Assembly (NCBI GenBank): GCA_002269645.1
Contig: NIVC01000059.1
Coordinates: 992,001-1,056,000, forward strand
Source of the DNA: Macrostomum lignano
Lineage: Eukaryota
Direction of reading: 5' to 3'
Length of the DNA: 64,000 nt
Shown here: piece after piece, positions 51,246 through 64,000 of the stretch
Layout: each line of letters opens with the position of its first letter
Position numbering within the stretch: the stretch's first letter is position 1
Notes under the pieces: generated by a model
The model's database searches: none
What the model was told of the DNA's origin: nothing
Seen by the model: only the letters and a program-made list of their open reading frames with translations
Made by a program: the position numbers and the translations under genes

Positions 51246-52065
51246 CCTGGTCTGCAGTCTAATTAGCTTTAAAGCCTTGGAACGTCAGCTTAGAAGCGGA
51301 GCAATTCCCAAGATTAATTGGCTACTGAATGCAAGCCGCAGACTCTGAAAAACTTCACCTGCAGCTTATCCTGACTAAATGGGCGCCTTCACTCCGAACA
51401 ATTAGCAGAAGTTCACTTTTCAAACCACCCCATCCCAGTTTGCAGCCAAAAATCTTTCCCTGCTTTTCCTTGACTCGACTTCGCTGTTTGGTGAAAACGC
51501 CTTCCAGAAATAGCTAGCGGAAATTCTTCAACAAGCTGCACTCTGCGCGCCTCTGTTGAAGTGTCAAACTGCAGTCGTTCTGTTTCAATTCTTTTTGACA
51601 CGCGCCTTTAAGGAACAGACCACCCTTGGGGGGAGAGAAGCTTTATGTGGCGCTGACTTTTTATTGTCGCCTCGCCAAGTTCTTTTGAAGTTTACCGCCC
51701 TGTTCAGTTTAATAATAATAATAATAATAAATAATTTTAATAAAAAAGTTAAGCGCGGCAGTCAACTCTGGCTCTTCAACCCAGCGGGTGGTTTAAAAGG
51801 CTGTTCTAAAAGCTCTCTCCCTTGTTTTATATACTACAGTTCAATATAAACCATGGACTGCTAATTGGCTATATCGCCTTTGGAATGGTCGTCATTTTAG
51901 CGCCTGTATAATATAGGAGAGTCGCAATAAATTCTGACACCTTTAATATTCCTCCAGTCTGGCGTGTATTGCCCTGTCAAAAAAGTACTTGATCCGAGAT
52001 ATATAGAACTTGTTTAGACAGAAAATCTCAGGAAATACGTGACCGTTTGTTGCCAAAAACACCTG

Positions 52066-52990
52066 ACCAATTTTACCAAAAACACCTGACCAATTTTACC
52101 AAAAACAACTGACCAATTTTACCAAAAACACCTGACCAATTTTACCAAAAAGACCTGACCAATTTTACCAAAAACACCTGACCAATTTTACCAAAAAGAC
52201 CTGACCAATTTTACCAAAAACACCTGACCAATTTTACCAAAAACACCTGACCAATTTTACCAAAAACACCTGACCAATTTTACCAAAAACACCTGACCAA
52301 TTTTACCAAAAACACCTGACCAATTTTACCAAAAACACCTGACCAATTTTACCAAAAACACCTGACCAATTTTACCAAAAACACCTGACCAATTTTACCA
52401 AAAACACCTGACCAATTTTACCAAAAACACCTGACCAATTTTACCAAAAACACCTGACCAATTTTACCAAAAACACCTGACCAATTTTACCAAAAACACC
52501 TGACCAATTTTACCAAAAACACCTGACCAATTTTACCAAAAACACCTGACCAATTTTACCAAAAAGACCTGACCAATTTTACCAAAAACACCTGACCAAT
52601 TTTACCAAAAACACCTGACCAATTTTACCAAAAACACCTGACCAATTTTACCAAAAACACCTGACCAATTTTACCAAAAACACCTGACCAATTTTACCAA
52701 AAAGACCTGACCAATTTTACCAAAAACACCTGACCAATTTTACCAAAAACACCTGACCAATTTTACCAAAAACACCTGACCAATTTTACCAAAAACACCC
52801 TGACCAATTTTACCAAAAACACCTGACCAATTTTACCAAAAACACCTGACCAATTTTACCAAAAACACCTGACCAATTTTACCAAAAACACCTGACCAAT
52901 TTTACCAAAAACACCTGACCAATTTTACCAAAAACACCTGACCAATTTTACCAAAAAGACCTGACCAATTTTACCAAAAACACCTGACCA
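52066..52990. repeat. 23-bp minisatellite (CCTGACCAATTTTACCAAAAACA)
   Basis: About 40 highly homogeneous units. Confidence 0.97.
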
Positions 52991-53069
52991 CTTTCATCCA
53001 GGAACTGACTAACTTCATTTGTACGAAAAACTCTACGAGTACCACATCTATCAAAAGCCTGAAAACTCA

Positions 53070-53975
53070 AGAAGAATATCCTGACCTATGCTCACAGAAA
53101 AGCCTGACAAACTCAAGAAGAATATCCTGACCTATGCTCACAGCAAAGCCTGACAAACTCAAGAAGAATATCCTGACCTATGCTCACAGAAAAGCCTGAC
53201 AAACTCAAGAAGAATATCCTGACCTATGCTCACAGCAAAGCCTGACAAACTCAAGAAGAATATCCTGACCTATGCTCACAGCAAAGCCTGACAAACTCAA
53301 GAAGAATATCCTGACCTATGCTCACAGCAAAGCCTGACAAACTCAAGAAGAATATCCTGACCTATGCTCACAGCAAAGCCTGACAAACTCAAGAAGAATA
53401 TCCTGACCTATGCTCACAGCAAAGCCTGACAAACTCAAGAAGAATATCCTGACCTATGCTCACAGCAAAGCCTGACAAACTCAAGAAGAATATCCTGACC
53501 TATGCTCACAGAAAAGCCTGACAAACTCAAGAAGAATATCCTGACCTATGCTCACAGCAAAGCCTGACAAACTCAAGAAGAATATCCTGACCTATGCTCA
53601 CAGCAAAGCCTGACAAACTCAAGAAGAATATCCTGACCTATGCTCACAGAAAAGCCTGACAAACTCAAGAAGAATATCCTGACCTATGCTCACAGCAAAG
53701 CCTGACAAACTCAAGAAGAATATCCTGACCTATGCTCACAGCAAAGCCTGACAAACTCAAGAAGAATATCCTGACCTATGCTCACAGAAAAGCCTGACAA
53801 ACTCAAGAAGAATCCTGACCTATGCTCACAGAAAAGCCTGACAAACTCAAGAAGAATCCTGACCTATGCTCACAGAAAAGCCTGACAAACTCAAGAAGAA
53901 TCCTGACCTATGCTCACAGAAAAGCCTGACAAACTCAAGAAGAATCCTGACCTATGCTCACAGAAAAGCCTGACC
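53070..53975. repeat. 46-bp (2x23) minisatellite
   Basis: CCTGACAAACTCAAGAAGAATAT + CCTGACCTATGCTCACAGCAAAG; the last units are 44 bp. Confidence 0.97.
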
Positions 53976-54739
53976 AAATTTACAAGAAGACCTGCTGAAA
54001 AAATCAATGAGACACCTGACAATGCTGGAAACCATAGCAACTACGAGGTCGTATATTACCGAACAAAGAGCTGATCAAATCAGACAATCAAATGTAACAG
54101 CCTAAACCTCATCTGTCCAATATTCAATAGACAGTCCCAAACCAGCAGGTGACAACCGCTTTTCCGCATCTCTCCCTCAGCCCCGGCTGCAACTTCCTTC
54201 AAGTCGTCTCATCTGAAGATGCTGGGAGCGTCGGCAGCAAAAAATGCGAAAGACAGAAAAAATGCGATGAGGAAAACAGGCAGAAAAAAAACTGTCTATC
54301 TGCTTAGCAGCCGGGCACAGCCAAGCAGCCCCCCGTCCAGGTAGAAAGCAACCTTTTTGCTAATTAATGCCCCAAGGGAAGATATTAGAAACCCTGTATA
54401 AAGCCTCCGTGTTAGTTTGCAGTTTGTGAAAAGAAATTCAAAAGACGAGAAAAAACTGCAAACTGCGCGGAGAGATGCGGCGGGGCAGTTGCTACCGGGA
54501 TGTCAGCGGTACAGTGTCTATTGGTACAGTAAATCCCAGGTAGGAATTCGCTGGTTGCGTCCATGGGGTGTCCGTCTTTCTATGTTCGGCGCGAGTCTTA
54601 GAACAAGCAAGCAGTTTTGGGGTCATTGCGCGTCAGTTGTCACATCGAATGTCGCATTAAATTAACCTTTTTGGTAGATTCCTTTCCTAGTCTATATTTG
54701 GCCTATTTACATGTGTGCGTGTGTCAGGATATTGGTAGA

Positions 54740-55775
54740 CTGAAGTGAATGTGAACACAGTGAGGTGAATGTGAACAGACTGGGGTGAATGTGAACTGAT
54801 TGAGGTGTATGTGAACAGACTGAGGTGAATGTGAACTGATTGAGGTGTATGTGAACAGACTGAGGTGAATGTGAACACACTGAGGTGTATGTGAACAGAC
54901 TGAGGTGAATGTGGACTGATTGAGGTGTATGTGAACACACTGAGGTGATCATGAACACACTAAGGTGCATGTGAACACACTGAGGTGAATGTGAACACAC
55001 TGCGGTGAATGTGAACACACTGAGGTGAATGTGAACACACTGCGGTGAATGTGAACACACTGAGGTGAATGTGAACACACTGAGGTGAATGTGAACACAC
55101 TGAGGTGAATGTGAACACACTGAGGTGTATGTGAACACACTGAGGTGATCATGAACACACTAAGGTGCATGTGAACACACTGAGGTGAATGTGAACACAC
55201 TGAGGTGAATGTGAACACACTGAGGTGAATGTGAACACACTGCGGTGAATGTGAACACACTGAGGTAAAGGTGAACAGACTGGGGTGAATGTGAACACAC
55301 TGAGGTGAATGTGAACACACTGAGGTGAATGTGAACACACTGAGGTGAATGTGAACACACTGAGGTGAATGTGAACACACTGAGGTGAATGTGAACACAC
55401 TGAGGTGAATGTGAACACACTGAGGTGAATGTGAACACACTGAGGTGATCATGAACACACTGAGGTGAATTTGAACACACTGAGGTTAATGTGAACACAC
55501 TGAGGTGAATGTGAACACACTGAGGTGATCATGAACACACTGAGGTGAATTTGAACACACTGAGGTTAATGTGAACACACTGAGGTGAATGTGAACACAC
55601 TGAGGTTAATCTGAACACACTGAGGTGAATGTGAACACACTGAGGTGAATGTGAACACACTGAGGTGATCATGAACACACTGAGGTGATCATGAACACAC
55701 TGAGGTGAATTTGAACACACTGAGGTTAATGTGAACACACTGAGGTGAATGTGAACGCACTGAACTGAGCGTGAA
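54740..55775. repeat. 20-bp minisatellite (GTGAACACACTGAGGTGAAT)
   Basis: About 50 units. Confidence 0.97.
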
Positions 55776-56571
55776 CAGACGTACTAATAGAAGTCAACTG
55801 CGTATCTCATAAGATGTTGAGTCATGCATCGGTACCTAAGATGTGTTTCAGGCAGACTCACATGCATAATATAATTTTAACTTGCCCGTCCATTAGCTTG
55901 TAGTAATGAAGTGTTTCAGCTAGAAGCAGAAATTTTAGCCACAGATGAGGCAGTCCATACGAACTAGAAGCAACAAACTGCTACTCATGCTTTCAAAGTT
56001 ATACCGACTGCGTGAAGTCTGCAGGGAGAGTGGCTTCACATCTCCCGGGAGCTGCAGTTAGAAGGTCCCAGCTTCTATTTCTCTTCATCTCTCTGTCTCT
56101 CCTTTCCCTTTCTTGCTGCCCTAATTTGCCACTTAACTCAATTTTCAGCTATAGAGGCCCAGATGAACTGGACCATTGGAATCTGGATGGCGGTGAAAGC
56201 GGAGCAGAACATGGGGCTGGACACCAAGCCCTTGCGAGCTCGGAATTAGGGACGTCCGTCATTAGATTTCCATGAAAATAATTAAGCGCTCTATAGGCGA
56301 CTCTGCAGAGATGAGCTAAACTTTTCGACTAAAGAGCTAACTCAGTTTTTTGGGTCTTGATGTATTCGGCTCTGCTCAGCTCAAGTCGTTTCATTGCACA
56401 CACTCGGCTTTCCTCTTTGGTTCTCCTGTTTGAGTCTTTCTGACTGCTCTATCCTTGATAGAGATGTTTAGGCCTATTGAAACAGTCTACAGAACCAGAC
56501 TTACAGATATAGTCTACAGAGACAGTCCACAGAAACAGTCTACAGATATAGTCTGCAGATACAGTCTATAG

Positions 56572-56699
56572 CAAGGGGTCGGCAAATTCCGGCGGCCCAC
56601 AAGGCCTCTCTATCCGGCCCTTGGGTCCTTTGAAACTTCACAATAGCAATCCGGACCGCCCAATGTTTGTCTCTTCTCTTCCCTCTTCTCTCATCATCT

Positions 56700-56763
<64 letters not shown>

Positions 56764-57120
56764 CTCTCCCTCACCCCTCTCGCCTCCTCTCTATTCTGCT
56801 CTGCTCTGCTCTCCTCTCCTCTGCTCTCCTCTGCTCTCCTCTCCTCTGCTCTCCTCTCCTCTCCTCTGCTCTCCTCTCCTCTCCTCTCCTCTCCTCTCCT
56901 CTTCTCTCCTCTCCTCTCCTCTCCTCTCCTCTCCTCTCCTCTCCTCTCCTCCCCTCTACTACTCTCTTCTTTCCTCTCCCTTCTCTCACCTCTTCTTCTT
57001 ATCTTTTCTCTGATCTCATCTCTCGTCTCTCCTCTGTTTTATCTCTAATCTTCTAGATTCTCTCTTATTTTTCTCCTTTCTTATCTGGCCCTTGAGGTAA
57101 AAAAGTTTGCCGACCCCTGG
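56572..57120. mobile_element. hAT (Charlie-like) MITE inserted in an 11-bp AGTCTACAGAT array
   Basis: TIRs CAAGGGGTCGGCAAA and TTTGCCGACCCCTG; flanks GTCTATAG and G-CTACAG (imperfect 8-bp TSD); internal (CT)n and (CTCCT)n; the array continues at 57121-57255. Confidence 0.8.
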
Positions 57121-57884
57121 CTACAGATAGTCTACAGATAGTCTACAGATAGTCTACAGATAGTCTACAGATAGTCTACAGATAGTCTACAGATAGTCTA
57201 CAGATAGTCTACAGATAGTCTACAGAAACAGTCTACAGAAACAGTCTACAGATAGAAACAGTCGTTAGAGACACGGGACTTACAAAGGCTTGAAAATGTG
57301 CAAAAATCCTTCATTTACAGTCCTACAGTCTACATACCGAAGGAAATGCTCGAGCAATGCTAAAAAAATTGCTCAGAAATTTACTACCCAGTTAAGTTAG
57401 GATTGCAATACGACCATTTTTTCTAGCTTTGTCAATCAACTATGGCTCCCGTAACTCCCCCCAACCCCCCCCCCCCCCCCTATAGGATTTTCAACAGTGG
57501 AATATGATTTTTTGGCAGTCACCACCTGTTAGGGACAGGGGGACTTAAGCGCGTTTGAGACAGACCGCCTGAAACAGCTAATACGGCGCCATTTTGTGGC
57601 TGAACAGACGCATGGAGCCAAGGACCGCTAAACACTATGCATAGCAGTCCTTGCGCACGGGAGTTGGGCGTCCCCGACTTGGCATTGGAAAAAAACGAGA
57701 CAGGCGCGCTTTAGCTGCGGCTTGTCTGGGAATCCTATAGCCGGCTGGCTTATTATTTGAAAATGCCTAATTAGGAGTCTGAAATCCTTATCCTGGCTGA
57801 CAGACTGATAGGCAGACAGGGACGCGGGCTGGAATGCAGATTGACAGAAAAACTGACAGAAAAACTGTCGGACAGGCAAAGACA

Positions 57885-58050
<166 letters not shown>

Positions 58051-59087
58051 CTCATGACAGTACGCACGAACAGGTAGACTGCTAGCGACGCCAATCCGGA
58101 AAAATTTCATAAATCTCAAGCTTTGGCAAATCAAAGTATTTCCCCTCCTGCAGGTTTTATCAGCAGGGAGATCAAAAATATCAAAAGTGAAGGCTCACCA
58201 CCTGCCGGAATCGGCTAAAATCAAAGCAAAGAAACTCCAACTCACCGCTAATTGAATCAAGTAGCAACATCTGCTCAGCAGGTGTGTCGGAGCTCAATTA
58301 TTTGCTAGAAACTTCCCGACGGGATTTAAAGCGAATTTAATATTTCTGTTTGACTTCTTTAAACAAAGCGAGGAGGGTATCACAGGATCAGGGGGAGGGG
58401 GTTATTCTTGCTTTCAGTCTCTCAACTTCCGCTTTCCTTTTCCCCGCTTTTAAAAGGAGTCGAATTTGAGCTTCGATAAGAGGCTTCCTGCGCTTTCGAA
58501 GAGACCTTCTAAGTAAAACACTGTAAGTACGCTGCTTGAGAAGGAATTATAGGGTATGTTGTTGGGGAAGGATGGATGGCCGGCGGGTTGATAAAATAAA
58601 TCCTAAAAAAGCCACTTGCACGGCTGCAGGGGGGAGGGGAGCTCTGAGAGCCAATGGCACCGCACGGGTCGCACCGACTGAACTATCCGCCACCCCAGTT
58701 TTTTCTCCGGTCCAAAATTGACTTTCAGGAGGGAACGGCAAATGTGCGCAAGCCCCCTATCATAAGCTGCTGAAGGAGGAGAAGGGTTTTAAGATCTTCT
58801 CATCTCCTCTATCCCCCGAAATCAGTGGGAGCTCAAAAATTTCGTCTGCCGAATAATGATCAAAAGCGCCTAAGCTTTTCTGAAGGGATTTTATTAGCTT
58901 CAAAATACTCTCTGGGATTAGAGAAGAGAGAGTGTGTGTGTGTGCGTCAAGAGACTAAATACTATGTAAATATAGGTTTTCACATTTATCTATATTTTTT
59001 GTATGATAATACAAATCGTAAATTTTCAACAGATAAAGATTTACCAAGAGAATCCTGCCCAAATACACTGTGTACCAAAGACATAGA

Positions 59088-59630
59088 GCAGACACCCTGA
59101 AGGCCCTCAGAGGGGAAGGGGCAGACACCCTGAAGGCCCTCAGAGCGGAAGGGGCAGACACCCTGAAGGCCCTCAGAGGGGAAGGGGCAGACACCCTGAA
59201 AGCCCTCAGAGGGGAAGGGGCAGACACCCTGAAAGCCCTCAGAGGGGAAGGGGCAGACACCCTGAAGGCCCTCAGAGGGGAAGGGGCAGACACCCTGAAG
59301 GCCCTCAGAGGGGAAGGGGCAGACACCCTGAAGGCCCTCAGAGGGGAAGGGGCAGACACCCTGAAGGCCCTCAGAGGGGAAGGGGCAGACACCCTGAAGG
59401 CCCTCAGAGGGGAAGGGGCAGACACCCTGAAGGCCCTCAGAGGGGAAGGGGCAGACACCCTGAAGGCCCTCAGAGGGGAAGGGGCAGACACCCTGAAGGC
59501 CCTCAGAGGGGAAGGGGCAGACACCCTGAAGGCCCTCACAGGAGAAGGGGCAGACACCCTGAAGGCCCTCAGAGGGGAAGGGGCAGACACCCTGAAGGCC
59601 CTCAGAGGGGAAGGGGCAGACACCCTGAAG
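59088..59630. repeat. 33-bp G-rich minisatellite (GGGGCAGACACCCTGAAGGCCCTCAGAGGGGAA)
   Basis: About 16 units. Confidence 0.97.
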
Positions 59631-61765
59631 GACCAGCGGTTAACAGCGGAACAAGAAGCGAGTCCCTGTGCATCAACATGTATCACCAGTCTTAGCAATC
59701 ATGCATCTTTCCAGGCTAATGCTGCCTCAGTAGCGCGCACGCAATGCAATGCAAAAAAGCAAACGAACGAACCAACGAATACAAACGAAGCAGATTCGTA
59801 ATCTAATAAACAGAAATTTTGTTGAAAGACGAAATCCCCTCGCCTGTCGGTCTCCCAGACTGTAGCATATATTAGTCAGTAGCTGCGCATAGGATGTTAT
59901 ACATTTGAGTCTTAGCTTGACTCAAGAATTATGCAAATAACTTCAACCCCCTGCCCTCCCTCCCCGCCTCACGATCGTCTCGATTTATCGCTCCTGATAA
60001 CACTGCAGCCATGTGCGTGAGTCCCTTTCGAGACCTCTTTGCCGCGTCACCTTGGCTGACCTCTGTCACAAGACTATATTCTCGTATTGAGATGGGAATG
60101 CGATTTCGAATTCAATAGTGAAATTTTCATTTTTCACAAATGCTTAACTACACATGTTGAAACAGCTTGAAAGGTAAGATAAAGGTAGGCTTGATTAGCA
60201 ACTGCTTTTGTTCCTTCTTTGTGTAAGGCGCTTCGGTTCGTCCCGAGGGAAATCTGAGATTGACTGATTGATATATTATGAAATATAGAAATATGCTTCT
60301 GCCTGACGCTGCTGGGCCCTTTCTTTTAGGGAGGGGGGAGCGGCTGAGGGGGGACACGCGTCCGACTCTCACGACAAGGACCTCGGGTTCTTCATCTAAG
60401 GCTCGAGTATAAAAATTGTCCGGGGGGTTGTCGAGCGATTCTCAACCAATTAGGCACAACACCAAGGCACAGATCTAGAGTGTCAGATGCCTGACGATTA
60501 GAAAGTCAGGGCCACTGTACCCCCTGTCAGGAGTCAGTGGAATGTGCCACAGCGCTGGTTGTGTGATGATGTCTTTTGTATGCTCCAGAGAAGGCATAGC
60601 GCTGAATGGGCTTTAGTCAATTTTTTGTCACCGATTGGTAACAAAAAATCCTACTACATGTAATTTGAATGCTTTTTGTAAACAGACAAGCCCATAAAAT
60701 ACATTTAGATCTTATCGGAAATCTATAGCCAATAAAATATTTATTGACCTCATTTTTAAACAGGACGTATTGAAAACGTCGAATTGCTTTACGAAGTAGA
60801 CAGGCAGCTTCCGGATACAAAGTTTTAGCTAATTATACATCCGTGCTGATTCATGTATTTTAAATGCACATTGAATCCGTTCTGGATTTAAATTTGTATT
60901 AAATTTGCACTCAAGCTACTTAAAATAGGTAGAGGCACGAAGCTTTTTAGACGGAAACTAATTAAAGAGGGTGGGAACTTGAGTCCCGATTTCTCTACGC
61001 CAGTCCCTTCTCTACGGTAATTTGATACCGATGTTTTGATACACGATCGTGTATATTTCGGTTGTCTTACTCGTACCGTACTGTCTGTTCCTTTGTTACG
61101 AGTTGGTTACTATCAGCGGCCCCATCCACTGAAAAGACAACCATGCAGTCAGACAAACCGTCAGACAACCAGTCCTAAAACGCCCAAAAGAAACAGCCAT
61201 TAAACGTCGGATTCTCCGGGATGAATTACGTGTACCATCGCTTGTAGAGGCGATACACGTATTTCCCAGCTCGAATTCGGACAGAAACTTTAACAGATCA
61301 GCGTGCCTAATTAAATTACGTCAAGTCGACAAAAATTTAAGCAATTGCCAAACATTCGTTGATTTCTTGCATTCGTTTGAAATAAACAAAAAGTGCACGA
61401 AATTGTTAGTACGATAAGTCAGTCAATGGCAAGCTTGACATGGAAAACAAGTCGCTTGCAGACTCAATGCGATCGAATGAAATTGAAAGCGTCTATGGCC
61501 ATAGCGTGCCCTTCCGCTCGGCTCAGTATCTTAAAAGTGCATGCAGCAGACTAAAGAGTAGTCTAGGGCAGAAAATCTGGACCTGTATTAAAAAATGCAA
61601 GTTAAGAACAGATGCCCCCAAGAAGGAGAGAAGTAGAATCAGTCAAGGACGAGCGAGCAGCAATACTCAGCCGAGCAACAAGAGCAGAGCAGCCGCAGCC
61701 GCAGCAACAAGAGCGCTACTTCATTCGCAACCAAGTGTTCGAGTTCTAAGTTACAACAACAGAAG

Positions 61766-62143
61766 ATGTGCGGTACTTGCGGCGGAAGCGGCGGCGGTGG
61801 CGGTGGCGGCTTCGGTGGTGGCTTCCCGCCGTGCGGCGACTCTTGTGCACCACCACCGCCTTGCTGCCCTCCACCGTGCTGTCCGGACCCGTGCTGCCCT
61901 CCGCCGTGCTGTCCAGACCCGTGCTGCCCTCCACCGTGCTATGCAGATCCGTGCTGTCCTCCACCGTGCTGCCCTCCGCCGTGCTGTCCGGACCCGTGCT
62001 GCCCCCCGCCGTGCTGCCCTCCGCCGTGCTGCCCACTAGGACCGCAGTCGTGCTGCCCCCAGCCGTGCTGTCCGGATCCGTGCGGTGCGCCGTGCAGTAT
62101 GTGCTGCTACGATTGCTGCGACTGCAACGTGAACTGCTGCTAG
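61766..62143 (+). CDS. Small ultra-high-cysteine, proline-rich protein (CCPPP/CCPDP repeats), 125 aa
   Basis: ATG..TAG, intronless, 40 Cys; synonymous codon variation across the pentapeptides; AATAAA downstream (about 62397 and 62439). Confidence 0.8.
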   Translation: MCGTCGGSGGGGGGGFGGGFPPCGDSCAPPPPCCPPPCCPDPCCPPPCCPDPCCPPPCYADPCCPPPCCPPPCCPDPCCPPPCCPPPCCPLGPQSCCPQPCCPDPCGAPCSMCCYDCCDCNVNCC

Positions 62144-63045
62144 CGCCTTGCTGCAGTACGGAGAGTCGTCAACCTGAACCTCCAAACTTGACAATGGGGA
62201 TGGCGTTTTTTTAGAACTCTTGGCTGGCTCCGTGTGTACATTAGAATCTTTTTATTGCAGCACGTGTCCCCTCTGCACATCTCGATCGCGATGCGAGGCG
62301 GAGCGCTCCGCAATTTTTTGTTCTGTGATCCCAACTCCCCGACTTGAGCTATCAATCAATGCCAAGCTTTGCCTAATAGCGAACGCGCTATGTTATAATA
62401 AAGTGGCAGTCTAAAATTGCTTTTTTTATTGTGCGGAAATAAATCTCGCGTCTGTTATTACTAATATCTTAGACTACAACCACTCCCTACTAACGCGAAA
62501 TGCCAGTTTTTGCCCAACAAGAGTTTTAGAAAGAAAACTGATTCGAATAATTCCGGAAAAAAAGCATTTTCACAGAGATCAAACAATTGGGTTTTGTGTT
62601 GGACTTTTCCAACTTGGAGAATTTCTAATAAACGGGGACTAACATTTAGTTTCGAGTTCGAACATTCAACTTAATCAGCTTTGGCGGCTAGTATTCTTGT
62701 TGATTGCTATAGTTGCTCCCACAGATATTCACTAAGCTGAGTGATGCTCACTAAGCTATTGGTAAGCCACCACCAAGCCAGGCATTAAATTCGTGTTTGC
62801 GTGATCGCGTATTGGCCAGCGTCCTTTGATGCACGATAAATATCATGATCACAATGCAGCCCCGTAGTATAGCATTTTTTCATTGTATTTAGGAAGTCGA
62901 GTATACAGTTTCAGACACGGCCAACCATAGTTCAAGCTTTGACAATTGTTTAGGACCAAAACTGTGTATTGAGGAGAGCATCGAATTCAGACTTTAAACT
63001 CAGAAGAATTACTATATACAAAACAACAACAACAACAACAAATCA

Positions 63046-63510
63046 AGACCCACCTGTAGAGACGCAGCGGCTAGAAGCACGCCAGGTCGGAGGCGACGTA
63101 CGGCGCCGGCGGCCCCAAATAGCGTACCGAGGCCGGCTGGCCGGTGGCGGAGAGGACCGAGTACGAGCTCGTACGTGCACTTCCGCGTCGGCCACAGCAC
63201 CAAGCTGGCGGCGTACGCAAACCGCATCGGCCTAGCTACATCGGCGACCTGCCAGCACTGCGAGCTAGGCGAGCAAACCAACGAGCATGTGACCACAGTA
63301 TGCCCTGCCCTAGACCGATTTCGGCGACAGCTCGGCGTGACCAGCCTGAGCGATCTTTGTCGAGAGCCGGAGGCCGGTCGCCGGTTGTGGAATGCGTTCC
63401 AACAGCTTTAAGTGGGCTGAGTTGCCCGAGTCAGACAGCCCAAACAGCATTGCGAAAAAAAAACGTTGTCGGGCTAGTCAGTCACACAACGTAACACACA
63501 AAAACGCACA
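63046..63510 (+). mobile_element. 5'-truncated LINE 3' fragment (CCHC Zn-knuckle region)
   Basis: HFRVGHS..LAAYANRIG..CQHC..QTNEHVTTVCPAL..RRQLG*, followed by an A/CA-rich tail. Confidence 0.7.
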
Positions 63511-63523
63511 AAAAATTGCTTAC

Positions 63524-64000
63524 TGAGGTAAATAACGAACCGATCAGCATAGTACACATTGTTCTTCTCGTACTCAACGAACGGCCTCTTGGAGTCGCAC
63601 AGCATCGGTGGAGCAACCTTGAGGCCTCGACTCACCTAGCCGAAAGTCTCCTTGAACAAGTCGCCGATTTCCATGAAGCCGATGTCTTTGCTGCAGCCTC
63701 CGTGCACGAAATGGATGCAGAAATTGCGATTGAAGCCATTCCAGGGGTTGCCAGTGATCCAGTAGGGATGTGACCCGATCAGCCGCGCTTTGGTGTGAAC
63801 CAGTTCTCCGAGTCTAGCTCATTGGAATCTTTGCCGACATCAAATGTGACGCTTGCGGACCACCGTGTCGTCTTGGCTCACCAGCCGATCATAGCTCGCG
63901 GCAAGTTGTCCAGCCATTCCATACCGAAAGACGTCTGGTATCCACCGATAGGCCTCTTTCCGCAATGGGCTTTGGTGGTGAAAGGCAAGGTTTTTACCCG
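63524..64000 (-). pseudogene. Decayed coding exon of unknown family (runs off the window)
   Basis: One frame reads as globular protein (EAYRWIPDVFRYG..HPYWITGNPWNGFNRNFCIHFVHGG..YYADRF) with 3 in-frame stops (63840, 63819, 63636) and ends at a GTAAGC donor. Confidence 0.4.

Noticed and set aside
52066-55775. Regular 20-46-bp periodic arrays as CRISPR-like loci
   Set aside because: There are no unique spacers between repeats, the context is eukaryotic and no cas genes are present.
59070-59801. 243-aa ORF of ADTLKALRGEG repeats
   Set aside because: A near-identical 33-bp DNA repeat with almost no synonymous variation, also open on the other strand; no splice or start support.
61746-62214. Alternative frames over the Cys-rich gene (STAEG.., AVLP.. 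peptides)
   Set aside because: Third-position variation preserves the Cys/Pro frame, so the other frames are shadows.

Overview
Eukaryotic (metazoan) DNA that is very rich in repeats. TTAGGG-type telomere motifs, GC-rich Ala/Gln/Ser-rich exons, dense minisatellites and homopolymer indels resemble a free-living flatworm such as Macrostomum; this is inference only. Four host genes could be spliced by hand with phase-consistent GT-AG introns or are intronless: a TFIIIC subunit 2 (GTF3C2/TFC6)-like WD40 gene (14380-23141, +); a short filamin-repeat gene with no actin-binding domain (24963?/32859-39959, +); a two-exon orphan low-complexity gene (43716-41693, -); and an intronless ultra-Cys/Pro-rich 125-aa gene (61766-62143, +). 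Mobile DNA includes two TA-flanked mariners, RTE-like LINE remnants (one bipartite), a foldback MITE, a nested piggyBac-end / TTAA-MITE / Helitron-like composite carrying satellites and tRNA-like Pol III heads, and an antisense piggyBac transposase in the last TFIIIC intron. There is also a CORE-like SINE, a full-length LOA-like LINE (APE-RT-RNase H) inserted in a minisatellite, and a hAT MITE. All 10 predicted introns contain tandem arrays, and most long ORFs in the supplied track are repeat artefacts.
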